A DNA stretch of 64,000 nucleotides from Octopus vulgaris (Eukaryota). Shown here one piece after another: positions 25,655 through 39,901 of this stretch (the stretch's first letter is position 1; every line of letters starts with the position of its first letter). Position numbers and translations under genes: made by a program. The notes below the pieces were generated by a model. That model saw only the letters and a program-made list of their open reading frames with translations. It was not told where the DNA came from and searched no databases. Location: contig OX597817.1 in NCBI GenBank assembly GCA_951406725.2, forward strand, positions 87,296,001-87,360,000. Direction: 5' to 3'.

Positions 25655-26929
25655 ATGTGGCAGAAATAATGAGATGTCTCTTCACAGATTTAGTTTAAGT
25701 AACGTCTGAATTTACACAAGTATTAAAAACATGCCTATTCAATTGCCTATATTTTACACTGTCAAAATTTCGCGGTCTGCCGTCAAAGCAATAGATTTTG
25801 TATCCTTCTCATTATAGATCTGCATTTTAGATGATAAAGAAAGAACTCGGTACTATAGGATCATGAGTTACAATTCATAGATGATTCAGTCAACTTATTT
25901 TTGTGAGCACTTTGGAAGGGATATGAACGCTACTTGGCTGTGCAGATGCGGGAAAGTAAAGCGCCTGTATTAAATATATTTCATTATTTAGTTTCATTTT
26001 TCTTCTTTCCTGATTTCATATTCAACAAAGACTGACTATTTTCCCTTCCTTCTGTATTACCAGGATATATGTTATGTTCAGTCGATTCCTTCATGAAATA
26101 TACTTCCCTTACAAATCTGCAGTTGGACCAGTTTTACAAATCAATATTTTCATTCTCGTTAAGGCTATCTGTCAGAATAAAAATAAACATTGCACTGCAA
26201 AAATAAAACTTGTTATGAAATTTCCCATGCTCTTATATTCCACATCATCATTAAATTAAATCACGTGACTAAGATATACTAACTCGCCAACAATATTAAA
26301 TATAATGTCAGTTTCCATTAACGATGTGTAATGCTTGTTTGATCAATTTGATTTCAATTTTTGTTTTTCGTTTTCTTCTGCCTTTGTTTTAACATTCGGA
26401 ATAAAACTAATCATACTATGTCTAAATGAAGGAAGACTACAGGAAACTGTTGTCTTGTCAGATAAAAATCTTCAAGTCCATACTTTCTCCAAAAGATGCT
26501 CCCCGCGGTGGGTGGATGCCAGATAAAAGTAAGAACTAGTTCATTATGAAATAACAGCTTGCGTGACAATGCAGATGGGTGGAGGGTATAACAAGAGAGA
26601 ATATTGGAAAAAAAGGAAGAGGAAAGACTAACATTGATGCTGCCAGTAGCTGCATCGTTGACAATCATGATGACAAATTAGATTTAAAGTAGAGCAGAGA
26701 AAATTATCTTACTGTGTTATCTTGTTTTGTTTTTAAAATTTGGGATTCTGAAAATATTTTTATTCCCAGCATACATATTTAGTTGTATTTACGTTGTACA
26801 CATTTCAGTGAAGTCACGCATGCCTATTGCATCAAATTACTAAGGGAATCACTTTGAAAAAGCAACAGAATAACATAAATAAATTCAAATCTTTATGCTT
26901 TTGATTTGATTACATACATAGATACATAC

Positions 26930-27006
26930 ATATATATACAATACATACGAAAATCTATATATACTTTCTATTAATGCCAACATGCATACATGTATATATA
27001 CATACA

Positions 27007-27073
<67 letters not shown>

Positions 27074-27102
27074 ATGCATGTATGCATATTGTCATGAATA
27101 GA

Positions 27103-27146
<44 letters not shown>

Positions 27147-27191
27147 GTATATAGATAGATAGCTACATAAATATAAAAATATATATTTAAT

Positions 27192-27234
<43 letters not shown>

Positions 27235-27290
27235 AAATGATGTATGTATGTATGTATGTATGTATGTATGTATGTTCTCTATAGAGAGAG
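26930..27290. repeat. Compound (TA)/(TG)/(CA)/(TATG) microsatellites
   Basis: Direct inspection. Confidence 0.9.
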
Positions 27291-28034
27291 AGGGGAAGAG
27301 GATAGAAGGTGTGCAATACATTACGTATGTGTATTGAAAATGTTTTTATTTGATAAAATCGAAATTTTCAGGATGTTCATGCCTCTTTCGTTAATACTCT
27401 CCTGATTGTTGAGCTAGGATATACGTATGGGCGTGAGCATTCAGGTCCAATTAAACTGACCATAAAGTGTATTATAAACACATACATTAGCTAAAGGCTA
27501 CAAGCACAAACTCCGGCAAGCACTGCGCCCCCAGGACAGCGAAACAAAATACTATACAAAACATATATATAATAGATCGTACATTTAAACAAAAACTACT
27601 ACAACATATTTAAACACACGCACATGCACTCGAAAGACGTTACAGAGACACAAAAACACACACACAAGAGCACACTAACTCATACACAAAGACTCACATT
27701 AAACTGAACCTCACGTACCCTTACACACACGCGCACACCTTCAAACATATACTGTACAACGAAATGATATCGAACTTTTCTTATTCTTACATGGTGATTT
27801 GGTACTTCATTTTATAGCTTTCTTATGAACACGTTCTCTTTTTTCTGTATACTTTTATGTATGGTTCCTTCGCCTACGTACCTCTTATAACCATACAGAC
27901 ACGAAAATAAACGCGCACACACCCAATCACACGAATACGCACCACCTCATCTAAATGTATATATTCGAACAGCATTACACAAAATTAAGCATCAAGAAAA
28001 TTACACATCACACTTATAGGAACATTGTACATGC

Positions 28035-28105
28035 AGTAGTCAACCTTCCCAAGCTGTAGAGGCGATTCATCTACCTTGGAAATATATTGTCAAGGAGATT
28101 TTACA
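28035..28105 (+). mobile_element. Short RTE fragment, inverted copy of about 31695-31770
   Basis: FIYLGNILSR; closely matches the reverse complement of 31695-31770. Confidence 0.7.
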
Positions 28106-28734
28106 CTGTTGCACAGTTAAAATACCCAGTTTATACTGACTTTCCGTACTTGCACTCACGACCAACTCCTTGAGGATCATCTGGTGAAACGGTACAAATA
28201 GTTGTTTTTGCTTCCCCTTAATTCCTGCAAGGACAAGAATTAGCCCCTAAGCATTTTTTCCGGCGTGCTAACGATTCTACCAGCTCGCCACCTTTATGAT
28301 AGTAGAAATATCAGTGTCACTGTATGGTAGTAAATACTTTCTGGAATTCAAATGCTTTTAAGGAAAGTCTTTTCTTTTTTTTTATGAGAAATGTTTTGAT
28401 TGTATTTTCCTATATTGATCTGAACGAATCAACAATTTAGCTTAGTTCAATATCATTCAACGACTTAATTACAGAATTGATGTAGTTCCTTCATAATAGC
28501 TTTCTAGTCGTTTTTATTACAGGAGGCTTAGGAATCTAAATTATTCTTCCTAATAACACGCATTTCTTCTTTAAATGGATTTATGCATCTGCAATTTGGC
28601 TTAGTTTTGTGTTATGTTTTGCGTGAGATGTACCATTCTACACGCTCTACTCTTCATAATCGTCTCGGTAAAATTTTTGTTTCGTTGTCTATTTTGTTCT
28701 ACGTTTGAGACATAATTTTTATACTTTGAAATTA

Positions 28735-28915
28735 TATTGGTTTCAAATTTTGGCACAAGGCCAACAACATTTTAGGCAAAACGTTAAGTCGATTACATCG
28801 ACCTAAATGTTCAAGTGATACTTATTTTATCGACTCTGAAAATATGAAAGGATGAAAGTCAACCTTAGCGAAATTTGAACTCAGATCATGGAGACGGACG
28901 AAATGCCGCGAAGCA
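28735..28915 (-). mobile_element. SINE (Nin/Deu-like family)
   Basis: attggtttcaaattttggcacaaggcc...gtcgattacatcgacc...tttgaactcag. Confidence 0.8.
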
Positions 28916-29489
28916 GGGAACCGTTAATACTATTCTGTTAAAAAGGGTTATTTATCCACTTATCCGGTGTTGAATGTTCATTCTTCCGTGGCTATATGTA
29001 TATCTGTGTGTGTGTGCGCATGCGTGCGTATATGTGTGTGTATGTGCGTTCGCGCGCGTGTGTATGAGTGTGTGTGTGTGTACACTCGTAGAAATAGACT
29101 ACGTATAGACTGAAATCGAGAAGAAAGAAGCCAAAAAATACAGGAAAGAGTAAAAGAACGAGAAATAACTGAAGAATGCGTTGATAAATGGCATATAATG
29201 CATATATTTTATATGAATAGCAGTATATTTCTGTCCTATCTTTCAAGCCATATATACCATGTGAGTACATATGTGTATACGTCTGTCTTTCTATGTGTGT
29301 ACGCATGTGGGCGCATGCACAGACACGCACTCAATGTATGAGCGTATATGTATGTATGAGTGTATATGTGATTGTTTACGCATGTGTCTGTGTATGTGTG
29401 CTTGTGCATTTCTATGTATTAGCCCGAGTACATTTTTTCTTCATTTACATACGGACGTTAGTTACTATAAGTTTCTGAGAATTTTGTGA

Positions 29490-30295
<806 letters not shown>

Positions 30296-30959
30296 TGCCT
30301 GAGTAGGTGCTTTGTGCTTCTGTATGTATGTAAATATTTCGCGTACAGTATCATGGCTTAATTATTTAATAACTGTAAAACAATTTCTCATGATGATATT
30401 TAAAAGTAGAAATTATTTTTATATTTTGGAAACTGCATACAATTTTATTTGCTAGAAATTATACTTTTAAATATAACTCAAATATGAACATTACAGCCAT
30501 CATTGAAACGATTGTTATTATAACAGTCTTCTGCTTTTATTCTGAGTCTGTTTTTATTTTCTTTCTTTCTTTTTTTTTTTCATGTTTCGTTATGCACTTT
30601 CAATGGCAATTAAGAAAATAAATGTATATTCACTAACAAATTTGAACTGAAAAAGTAAATGTATTTTCAATAATAATTAATGTTATATTCAATCCATTCA
30701 GAAACAACTTGTCCATTATTTCTAGAGTTGGACTTCTTTCACAAAACCCTGTTTATTACCTAGTATTATAAACATCTTTTTAGTCTGAAATCTGATTGCA
30801 TTGTGTTTTATTCTGTCATCATATGACGTTTTGCCATTGACTAGTGAAATGTGTTTATTTCAGTCTTGAAATTGTTCTAATTCTATGTTCTCCAACATAA
30901 ACCGTGATATTTCTTTATGAACCAATCCCTGTTTAGGTTTCTAATTTTCTTAAGAACAA

Positions 30960-32480
30960 TTAATAGGTTCGTCTTTTATGTTTCTGAGGATGACCAGGTT
31001 ATCAGCTTTACACTTTGTGGGTTCCAGGGTTCTGAGGTTCTGAGGTGCATTTTGGGGGCAATTTTGGCATAAAATCGGCGAGTATAATGGGGGTATGTAA
31101 AAGCAGGACCCGGGACATTCTTGCTTTCCGTACAACTTCTTAATTTCTCTGTTATATCAGATTCAAAGCCGTAAACCTTCAAGTACATAATAGCAGTAAA
31201 CCACAATGAGCGATCCTGTACAAGATGTTCCGAGTAGACTGCTCTATATCTTTTTCAAGGTTGTCTTAAGCAAGTTTTGTATCTCTTTTTTGCTCCACCA
31301 CGTGACCGAGACCCAACTGCTTGTCCACCAAAGATCTATTTGGGAAATGTGGAGTCGGGGTGCGTGCTATATGTCTACTCCACCGTAGCTGGAATTTGCT
31401 CAAGAAAGCATGCATGCTTAGCACAGTAGCTTTCTCGAGCACAGTTTTACTGAGAATTTTATAATGCCACCTGATGTTAAGAATTTTTGGTAAACATGTC
31501 AGACGAAAGTAATTAATTTTTTGGCATACATTTGGTAAACTGCTCACGTTTCACAAACGCAAATTAGCGTAATAGCGACAACGGCTTTATATATTTCAAG
31601 TTTTGTTTTTACTGTCAGACCATGTCTTTTCCAAATTTGCAATTCCCAAAGGCAGAGCTGGTTTTTGTTATCTTTGCATTCACTTCAGCATGAATGTAAA
31701 ATCTCCTTGACAATGTATTTCCAAGGTAGATGAATTGTCTCTACGGCTTGGAAAGGTTGACTATTGACTGTCAGGAATAGTGGATCAACGTAAGGTATTC
31801 TTTCAGTTTTTTTTTTAATGCTGATTGTAAGACCGAAGTTATCGCAAGCTGAAGAAAGCTCTCTAAGCTCGGTTGAAGCTCTGCTTCAGAATTTACATTT
31901 AGAGTACAAATGCCTGCAAAAAGAATCCTGGTTTTCGTCTTTGCTTTTGAGTGGCTGATGTTAAAAAGACCGCCATCAGATCTATATCTTTCCTGGATGC
32001 CAGGGGTTACAAGGGAGAATGCATCGTGGGAGCTAGAACACAACCCTGATTTACACCACTGTTACAGAGAAGGTTGCCGAAAATTCTCCATCATTCAAGA
32101 CACGAGCTTGCATGGCATTTCGAAATTAATGTATCATGCTAATGAACTTGTCTGGACACCCAAATTTCTTCATTATTTTCCAGAGGTAATACCTGCTTAC
32201 GATATCAAAGGCCTTTGTCAGGTCGATGAATACAGTGTCGAGGACGTGATTTTGTTCCTTATACTTCTCTTGAAGTGCTCTTGCAGCAAAGATCATATCC
32301 ATGGTTCTGCAAACTTTCGGAAACCATACTGATTCTTGGGAAGTAGCTCAGACACAAGATCATAAGCCTTATTGAGTATGATCCGTGCTAGGATTTTTCC
32401 TGCAATCAGCATGAGTGACGTATTCGTATGTTTGTCAAACTGTTGGGTGTTTTCTTTTCTCTTATAAAGAAATGCAGATA
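30960..32480 (-). mobile_element. Decayed RTE (BovB-like) LINE, RT and C-terminal region
   Basis: IAGKILARIILN, QYGFR, FIDLTKAFDIVSR..LWKIMKKFGCPDKFI, YRSDGGLFN, QLRWSRHIAR. Confidence 0.9.
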
Positions 32481-32969
32481 TTTTGGAATGTTTGTGAAAT
32501 TAGTCCGTGCTCTCACATTGTAGTAAATAGTAGGAGTAGCTTTGTATGCATTTTCCATCCACCATTCTTTCTTTAACTATTTTTGCTATTATCCTTATTA
32601 CGTACAGGTCTAATTACTCACTCTATGCACCTTTTCCTCTTCTTTCACCATGTTTTTCCATCCTATATGTCCTTCCCTATCTTCTGCCCTAAACCCTCGA
32701 TGATTAAAATAACAAAAACTTAACGTACAATACCCATCTCTCATTAAAAAAAAATAGTGAGCCCAGAAACCAATATTATATAAATGAAAATCCGTGAGCC
32801 TTATTTAGAAAGGAGTAAAGCAAGCGCCTGATCCTGGTTATGTAGCCTGAAGCCAGGTTTACAATCTCGAGTCTTTCCTTATTTCTGTCGTGTTCATAAT
32901 GCTGTGATACAATGATAGTTGGAATCACAATGTGAACGTTCCTTTGTGACCCCTTCACGTAACCTTTTC

Positions 32970-33140
32970 GCGAGTGGGAAAGAGAGGAGTGAAATCGAAC
33001 CAGTACTTCATGGTACTTTATTTATAGATCGTAAAGTGAATGACAAGCAAATTTGGCCTCAGTAGGGTTCAAACTTAGAGAGCAGAATACCGGAGCAAAT
33101 AACGAAAGGCATTTTTATCCAACAATCTGACGAACGCCTT
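32970..33140 (-). mobile_element. Degenerate SINE (Nin/Deu-like family)
   Basis: aaatcgaaccagtacttcatggtactttattt...gggttcaaac. Confidence 0.5.
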
Positions 33141-33454
33141 TACTAGTGCACTGTCTGTCTCATTTGAAACAATTTCATTGGTATCAATAATTTGAATGTT
33201 GCACATTTTCATTTTCTTTTCCTTAAAATTATAAATTATATTTCGTTAAAATAAATATAAAAATGGAATTTATCTAATTACCTGAGAATAAGTGATTAGT
33301 TTTACTTCATATTCATTCATATGGGTTTTTTTTCCGCAAAATTGAAATGGGTGTATTAAAATAGTTATAATAATTAGTGACAGCTCTATAACATAATCTC
33401 GATGTTGTAGCAGAACAATCTAAAGTTATCGTAAAACAAATATTACATTGACGA

Positions 33455-35083
33455 AAATATGTTTATACTTGATGGTCGTGAACCCCCTCCATTTGATAGA
33501 TCGGTACCTCCAATGCTTCGATTGGTCATCACGCGGGACGAAGTCGAACGCGTTATTCAAGGCCTCGATATCAACAAGGGTCACGGCCCTGACGGCATAC
33601 ACCCACGGGTTATCAAAGCGTTGGCTCCGGTCATCTGCGAGCTTTTAACACGTCTATTCAATATGTCATTGGCGACGGGTGTTATACCTGCGGACTGGAG
33701 AACAGCGATAATCTGCCCAATTTTCAAGAAAGGGAGCCGCGAAGACCCGCTTAACTACCGACCGGTTTCCATTACTTCAATAATCAGCAAGATGTTCGAA
33801 ACCATCCTTAAGAAAAGTATGATGCTCCACCTCCAAAACACAGCCTCTATCTCTGATTCCCAACACGGCTTCGTGCCGAAGAGATCATGTTTGACCAACT
33901 TACTGGTAATGGAAGAATTGGTGACGCGCATCCTTGATGATGGTGATGCTGTTGACATCGTTTTATTGGACTTTTGACTCGGTAAACCACCGCCTATTAC
34001 TTGTCAAGCTTCAAGCATATAGTTTCCATCCGGATATAGTACGATGGGTTGGAGCCTTCATCTCAGATCGCTTCTTCCAAGCCCAAGTTAATGGTTCACT
34101 GTCCGACGCCCCCAGTGCGAGCAATGGCGTGCCTCAAGGTTCAGTGCTTGGGCCCTTATTGTTCTTAGTCTTCATAAATGACTTCCCCGACGACCTCACG
34201 CAATACACCCTTCTATTTGCCGAAGATGTCAAACTGGTCGCTCCTCGCGGTGATATAGAGGATCTTCGTCGATGCCTCCACCAAATTTGGAGATGGTCTA
34301 ACGAATGGGACCTGTGTCTGAAAGTGTAAAAGTGCTGTCATCTGCCTGTTGGCTCTCCTGCAACTCAACTTGATTTCTGCTGCTGGAGAGGACCGACCAG
34401 GTAAAGGACCTGGGTATCTTGGTGGATTCCTCCTTTTCACCTTCGGCCCAGTGCGTCCATGCTGCCAACAAAGCACGCGGAGTTCTGTTTTTGATTCGAC
34501 GGTCATTCGGAATGCTCACAGCAGCCATATTCCTACCGTTCTATGTCACGCTGGTAAGACCCATATTGGAGTACGGGATTCAAGCCTCTTCTCCTTATCT
34601 CCTCAAAGACATACAGCATCTCGAAAGAGTCCAGAAGCTGGCTACCGCATGGTACGTGGTCTCAAGAAGTTGTCTTATGAAGAAAGGCTGAAGACGCTCG
34701 ACCTTTATTCTCTAGAAAAACGACGACACCGTGGTGATCTCATTCTTGCTCACAACATCATAAGCGGAAAGTGCAACCTCTCGAAAGAGCTGTTCTTCAC
34801 TCCTGCTCCAGAGCGTCGGCTGTGGGGTTACTCCGAAAAGCTCTATCTGCGACGATTTCACATCAAGCGAAGGAAAGGGGCTTTCTCCGTCCGAGTTGCG
34901 GATCCGTGGAATAAGCTGCCGGACGAGATAGTGAAGATGCCGACGACCGCACGGTTCAAAGTCTCCCTTGACCACGAGTGGCCTGAACTCTTTACATGAA
35001 CACCACCCTGTACATAACTCCATGTCCCCTACATGGCCTTGCTTTTTGCTTTTTGAGCCAAAAAATTAACTAACTAACTAACT
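33455..35083 (+). mobile_element. 5'-truncated CR1-clade LINE, RT pseudogene with frameshifts
   Basis: ORFs 33459-33977, 33934-34329, 34419-34691 and the end of 34349-34999: GPDGIHPRV, NYRPVS, QHGF, GVPQGSVLGPLLF, FAED (mutated FADD), LERVQK, FSVRVADPWNKLP; (AACT)n tail at about 35066-35083. Confidence 0.93.
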
Positions 35084-36009
35084 TTCTGTCGAGCAATAAC
35101 AAGAGAGATGTTTGTGAGCTGAAAAATCGCGTTTTTTGGATGGGTACCGCAGAATTTATTGCATGTCCAGGGGAGCCAAAGTTTCTCACTTAACAAGTCT
35201 TTGAGGCACAGTTTCCTAATTACTTACGTTGGCACAATTTCAAACTTTACCGAAGCGGTGAACAGTCGCTTGCAACAACCCGGGTACATAACATTTACTG
35301 ACTATATCTTAACCTTAAAAATAAAAAGCAGAGTTTGTCCCTGCAGGATTTTGAACATAGAGAGAGGAAACTGCATACTTCTTGATATTTAGGTGCTTTA
35401 CTGTATCTTCCACTTAACTATCTTTCTATTTGTATAAACAGGACTATATTTCGTAATTGGCATACATTTGAAATACCAATATAGTTCCACAATATAAAAA
35501 CGAATAAAGAATGCAGACTACAACTTTCAAAGAAATATCACATTGAATGATACTCTTTACTTCTTGTAAGAAAAGTTTAATTAGTCTGGAACAGAGAAAT
35601 TATTACATCTTTCTTTCTAATAGAGTGGTTGTTTTATGTTGGTGGTATTTATGATGAAACGAAATCAGTCGAAAATATAAATCAAAAACAAAATATCTTT
35701 ACAACTTCTTTGTTGTTGCGATGATTTTCTTTTAACTCATGCTGGCTCATACAATATTGATTTTCCTTTCTAAAGCAGAAAGTAAATTATATTTTCAAGG
35801 GCCTGGATGGGTACCGCAGAATGATTCATTTTGTAAAAAATATAAATAAATAAATTATTCACCTCGGAGAGAGGAAGGCAAAGTTGACATGGGTGCGGTT
35901 TGAATCCAGTTTAAAATTAAATACTATAATAGATTTTGTTGGGTATTTTACGGGCTCGCATAACTCTACAGTTGTGATATTTTAATTAAATTGATATAAA
36001 GTAAAAAAA

Positions 36010-36445
<436 letters not shown>

Positions 36446-37023
36446 TAGGTATATGTATAGCTATTAATCGCTTTCTTTCTCTCTCTGTTTCTCTCTCACA
36501 CACACATGTTAAGATCGTAACTTGATTAAGTTAATTATGAAATACATATACGTTAAATAATTTTGTGTTCTAATTCTGATTTATTCCTTTAAAATTAATT
36601 TTTAAAAAAGTTTATTTTGTTATTTATAATTTTCGGTGATGAAAAATTTTTATTTAGTACGGAATGCGAATCGATTTTGAGACATTCAAGCGTCATGCTA
36701 CAGGCTCCTGAAATGAATTGTTACAACCTCTTTCTTCTTACGCCACTTTAAAACTAAATAAACAATCTGAAATAGGGATTTGGGATCGATTTGATTTCTT
36801 TCAGGACAGAAATTCTTTCATCTGTGAAAGAAGAATATTATAGGATTAAACAAATGTTATCGGAGAATCGTTAAAATCTTCAGATGTTCTTCAGACATCA
36901 CCGGAAGTCTTTTTTTCTACTTCTTTATATTCTTTTAATAGATTTGTTTAATATTTTGTTGGCAACATAAGAGACCCTGTAGAATGTTAGATCAATTTCT
37001 TTGATCAGAATTAAAACTAAATC

Positions 37024-37115
37024 AAAAGTATGGAACTGGTCGTAACTATAGACGTAAGGTTACCGGAGCCAGCTTTACGTTTTATGTATATAGTTTCCAG
37101 CAGTTCCATACTTTT
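37024..37115. repeat. Isolated 92-nt imperfect hairpin
   Basis: aaaagtatggaactg (37024-37038) pairs perfectly with cagttccatactttt (37101-37115); stem continues imperfectly to about 35 bp. Confidence 0.8.
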
Positions 37116-38436
37116 AGTTCAATCGATTATAACTCTTACAAATTATGTTAGAGATAAAAATCTATATTCTATTTGTAAATAAACAAAGTATCTTATGTAC
37201 ATAAAAACATATTTTCTCCTGTTTACCTCGTCTTTACCATGTAAAATGACCGGAAACAAGGCTAACTATTAGGAAACTATTTTCATTAATACTAATAATA
37301 ATAAATAAATTATCTAAAAATTGAGGCATGTCAGCTACTAAATGTTTTACTAAAGAATGGCTGGGGTGGCGACGGTAAAGTGATGATGGATTTAGTTACG
37401 CCCCATTATTCTCCACACGGGGATTCGACTTGTCTTTAATCTTACTATGGTCGATACAATTAGTGTCAGTCAATTTTTACATTAATAATGCTTAAATTAT
37501 TACATCAGCTCATACAAAGAGATATGACAAAAGGTGGAGTTTATGGATACCTTCATGAGTGGCAAACATAAAGCCACCATTATAATAGAAAATAAGAAAC
37601 TACTAAAATAAAAATATTTCCCCATGTTTTATTGAACTATTTTATAATGATGTGATGCCATTAAAAAAACAAGTAATAATGCATCGGTGATTTGAGTTAC
37701 TGTTCCATTAAATGTCCTTTCTAAGAGCATTAACGGAGAAAGTAAATGATGTGGGGAATTGAAACTAGAACATGTTTGTTTTACCGAAAAATTAAGTGCC
37801 CTAATGCAATGTTGGAACCTTATTGTTATAATCCTTTGTTGTTGAGACACAAGGTTAGTGTATTGCAGAGATTATTGTGGATTTCACTGATCCCAGTATA
37901 TTATAGCTGGTGTGCATTTAATCGTACATAGAAATACAAAAGCGGTCATGGTGATATTTTAACTGAAAATTAATATTCTTATACTATAACACGTCAAACT
38001 TTTTCCCCTCTATCTCAGCCAGTTACACTTTTTCAAGGAAATAAATAGTTTACCTATGTATCGTTATTAGTAGAAACGCATACATTTATCACTTATGACG
38101 CCATTATATTCCAATTCAGAAAAACAAGAATTGTTTTAACCCAAGGAAACCTAGCGGAGGGAAACCATATAAAATAGTTTGATTGCTTTGAGTTGACTGT
38201 TACCTTATATCACCTACAAATTAATTCAAACAGAGGCACCAGGTTTCAGATTGATACTGAAGGCGAGTGGAACATTGAGATCTTTAAGTGTAACAAATGA
38301 CAAAGCTAATACGAAATTGCTACAAGAGGAGATAACAGACTACATTTTATGTGTTGTGCTCACTAAATACAGCTTCTCAGATAGTTGTAAAGCTTTTTAA
38401 ATCGTGGAACTCGAAGTGGATAAAGCTATAAATAAT

Positions 38437-38653
38437 CCCTTCTACTAAAAGCGCAACGTCTGAAATTTTGAGAGAAGGGACTAGTCAATTACATCGACCC
38501 CAGTGTTTCACTGGTACTTAATTTATCGATCTCGAAAGGATAAAAGGCAAAGTCAACCTCGGTGGAATTTGAACTCAGAATGTGAAGACAAACAAAATGC
38601 TGCTATGCATTTCGCCCGCCATGCTAACAATTCAGCCACCTCATCGCCTTAAG
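38437..38653 (-). mobile_element. Full-length SINE (Nin/Deu-like family) with a 12-bp TSD
   Basis: TSD gctataaataat at 38425-38436 and 38654-38665. Confidence 0.9.
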
Positions 38654-39549
38654 GCTATAAATAATAGCGTATACAATATTTGTTTTAAAAACCTTGAATG
38701 CAAAGAATTTCGGAGCTGCCCGTGTGACTCAAACATATATTCTGCAAACTTGACAGTCGTTCTACCTTTAAGCCAGAGTAACCCATCAAATTTTCACCAT
38801 TCGTTTTAGAAGCTTTGTTCTTTCCAGTGTGAATTCTATATTGTTTACACCACAAAAATTTAGAAACTTTGAGAGTTATTAAATAAATTGTTTTTAACTG
38901 TAGAACTCGAAGTTGATAGAAATATAAAAAATAGCTAGTAGAATATCGGGTTAAATTTTTGTCTCGTAAACAACATCTAAATCCTATTTTGGGGGCAGGA
39001 GACGAACTGTTGTGATGTTGATCTTAACGATGCTTAAGTAAAAGTAAATAACTAAAGTAGTAACTGGGACTATCCGCGAAAATGATTCCTTACATTGGCA
39101 GACGAACGAAACGTATGTTGTGACGCGCAAACTTTTCTCTCAGAATTAGTTGCTTATAAGAAGCTAATTGGCTTCAGTCGGAAATTAAAAGCGAAAATTC
39201 GATAAACATTTTTGAAACAATGGAAATGTTTTCGATACTATACAATTTATGTTTTCTTTTTTCCGAATGTTACAAACATTCAAATAAAGACAAAAGATAT
39301 TTAAATATTTATTAGATTATTGCTATTGTTCAATATATTTCATAGCAACCAAACAAAGAAACAAAACCGAAGAGACAGTATTTAAATATATTTAATCAGT
39401 TTTCATATTGATTTTTACTACGAGTAAAGATTTTTGTAAATCATCGATTGATGATTAAGTGAAAATAGCGTCAAATAAATTGAACCACTTTAAGAGTTGT
39501 TGTTGATTGGGAAGACAAGTACCTCTCAGTTGCAATATTGTCATGATAT

Positions 39550-39713
39550 AAGGTGGTGAGCTGGTAGAATGCTTTAGTTTCTAAGTTCAAATTCTGCCGA
39601 GGTCGACTTTACTTTTCATCCTTTCGGCGTTGATAAAATAAGTACCAGTTGGGAGAGTAGGGTCGATATAATGATCTTATCTCTTTAGGCCTTGTGCCAA
39701 AATTTGAAAACAA
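39550..39713 (+). mobile_element. SINE (Nin/Deu-like family), internally deleted
   Basis: ggtggtgagctggtagaat...gttcaaattctgccgaggtcgac...ggccttgtgccaaaatttgaaa. Confidence 0.85.
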
Positions 39714-39870
39714 TATTTGCATCATATTTATGCAGTCTACACTCTAAGGAAACAAAGAGATGTTATTTCTAAAAAATCTGAAGAGAGAAATTAAAATGAA
39801 ATATTCCGTTGCACATCAGTCGTAAGAAAAGTCTCAGCAATTTCAAACAAGGGAGAAATTCTAAATAGCT

Positions 39871-39901
<31 letters not shown>

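Noticed and set aside
26461-26528. Possible small + strand exon (cag|ATAAAA...AAAA|gtaaga; IKIFKSILSPKDAPRGGWMPDK)
   Set aside because: Weak polypyrimidine tract and no recognisable homology; expected by chance in 64 kb.
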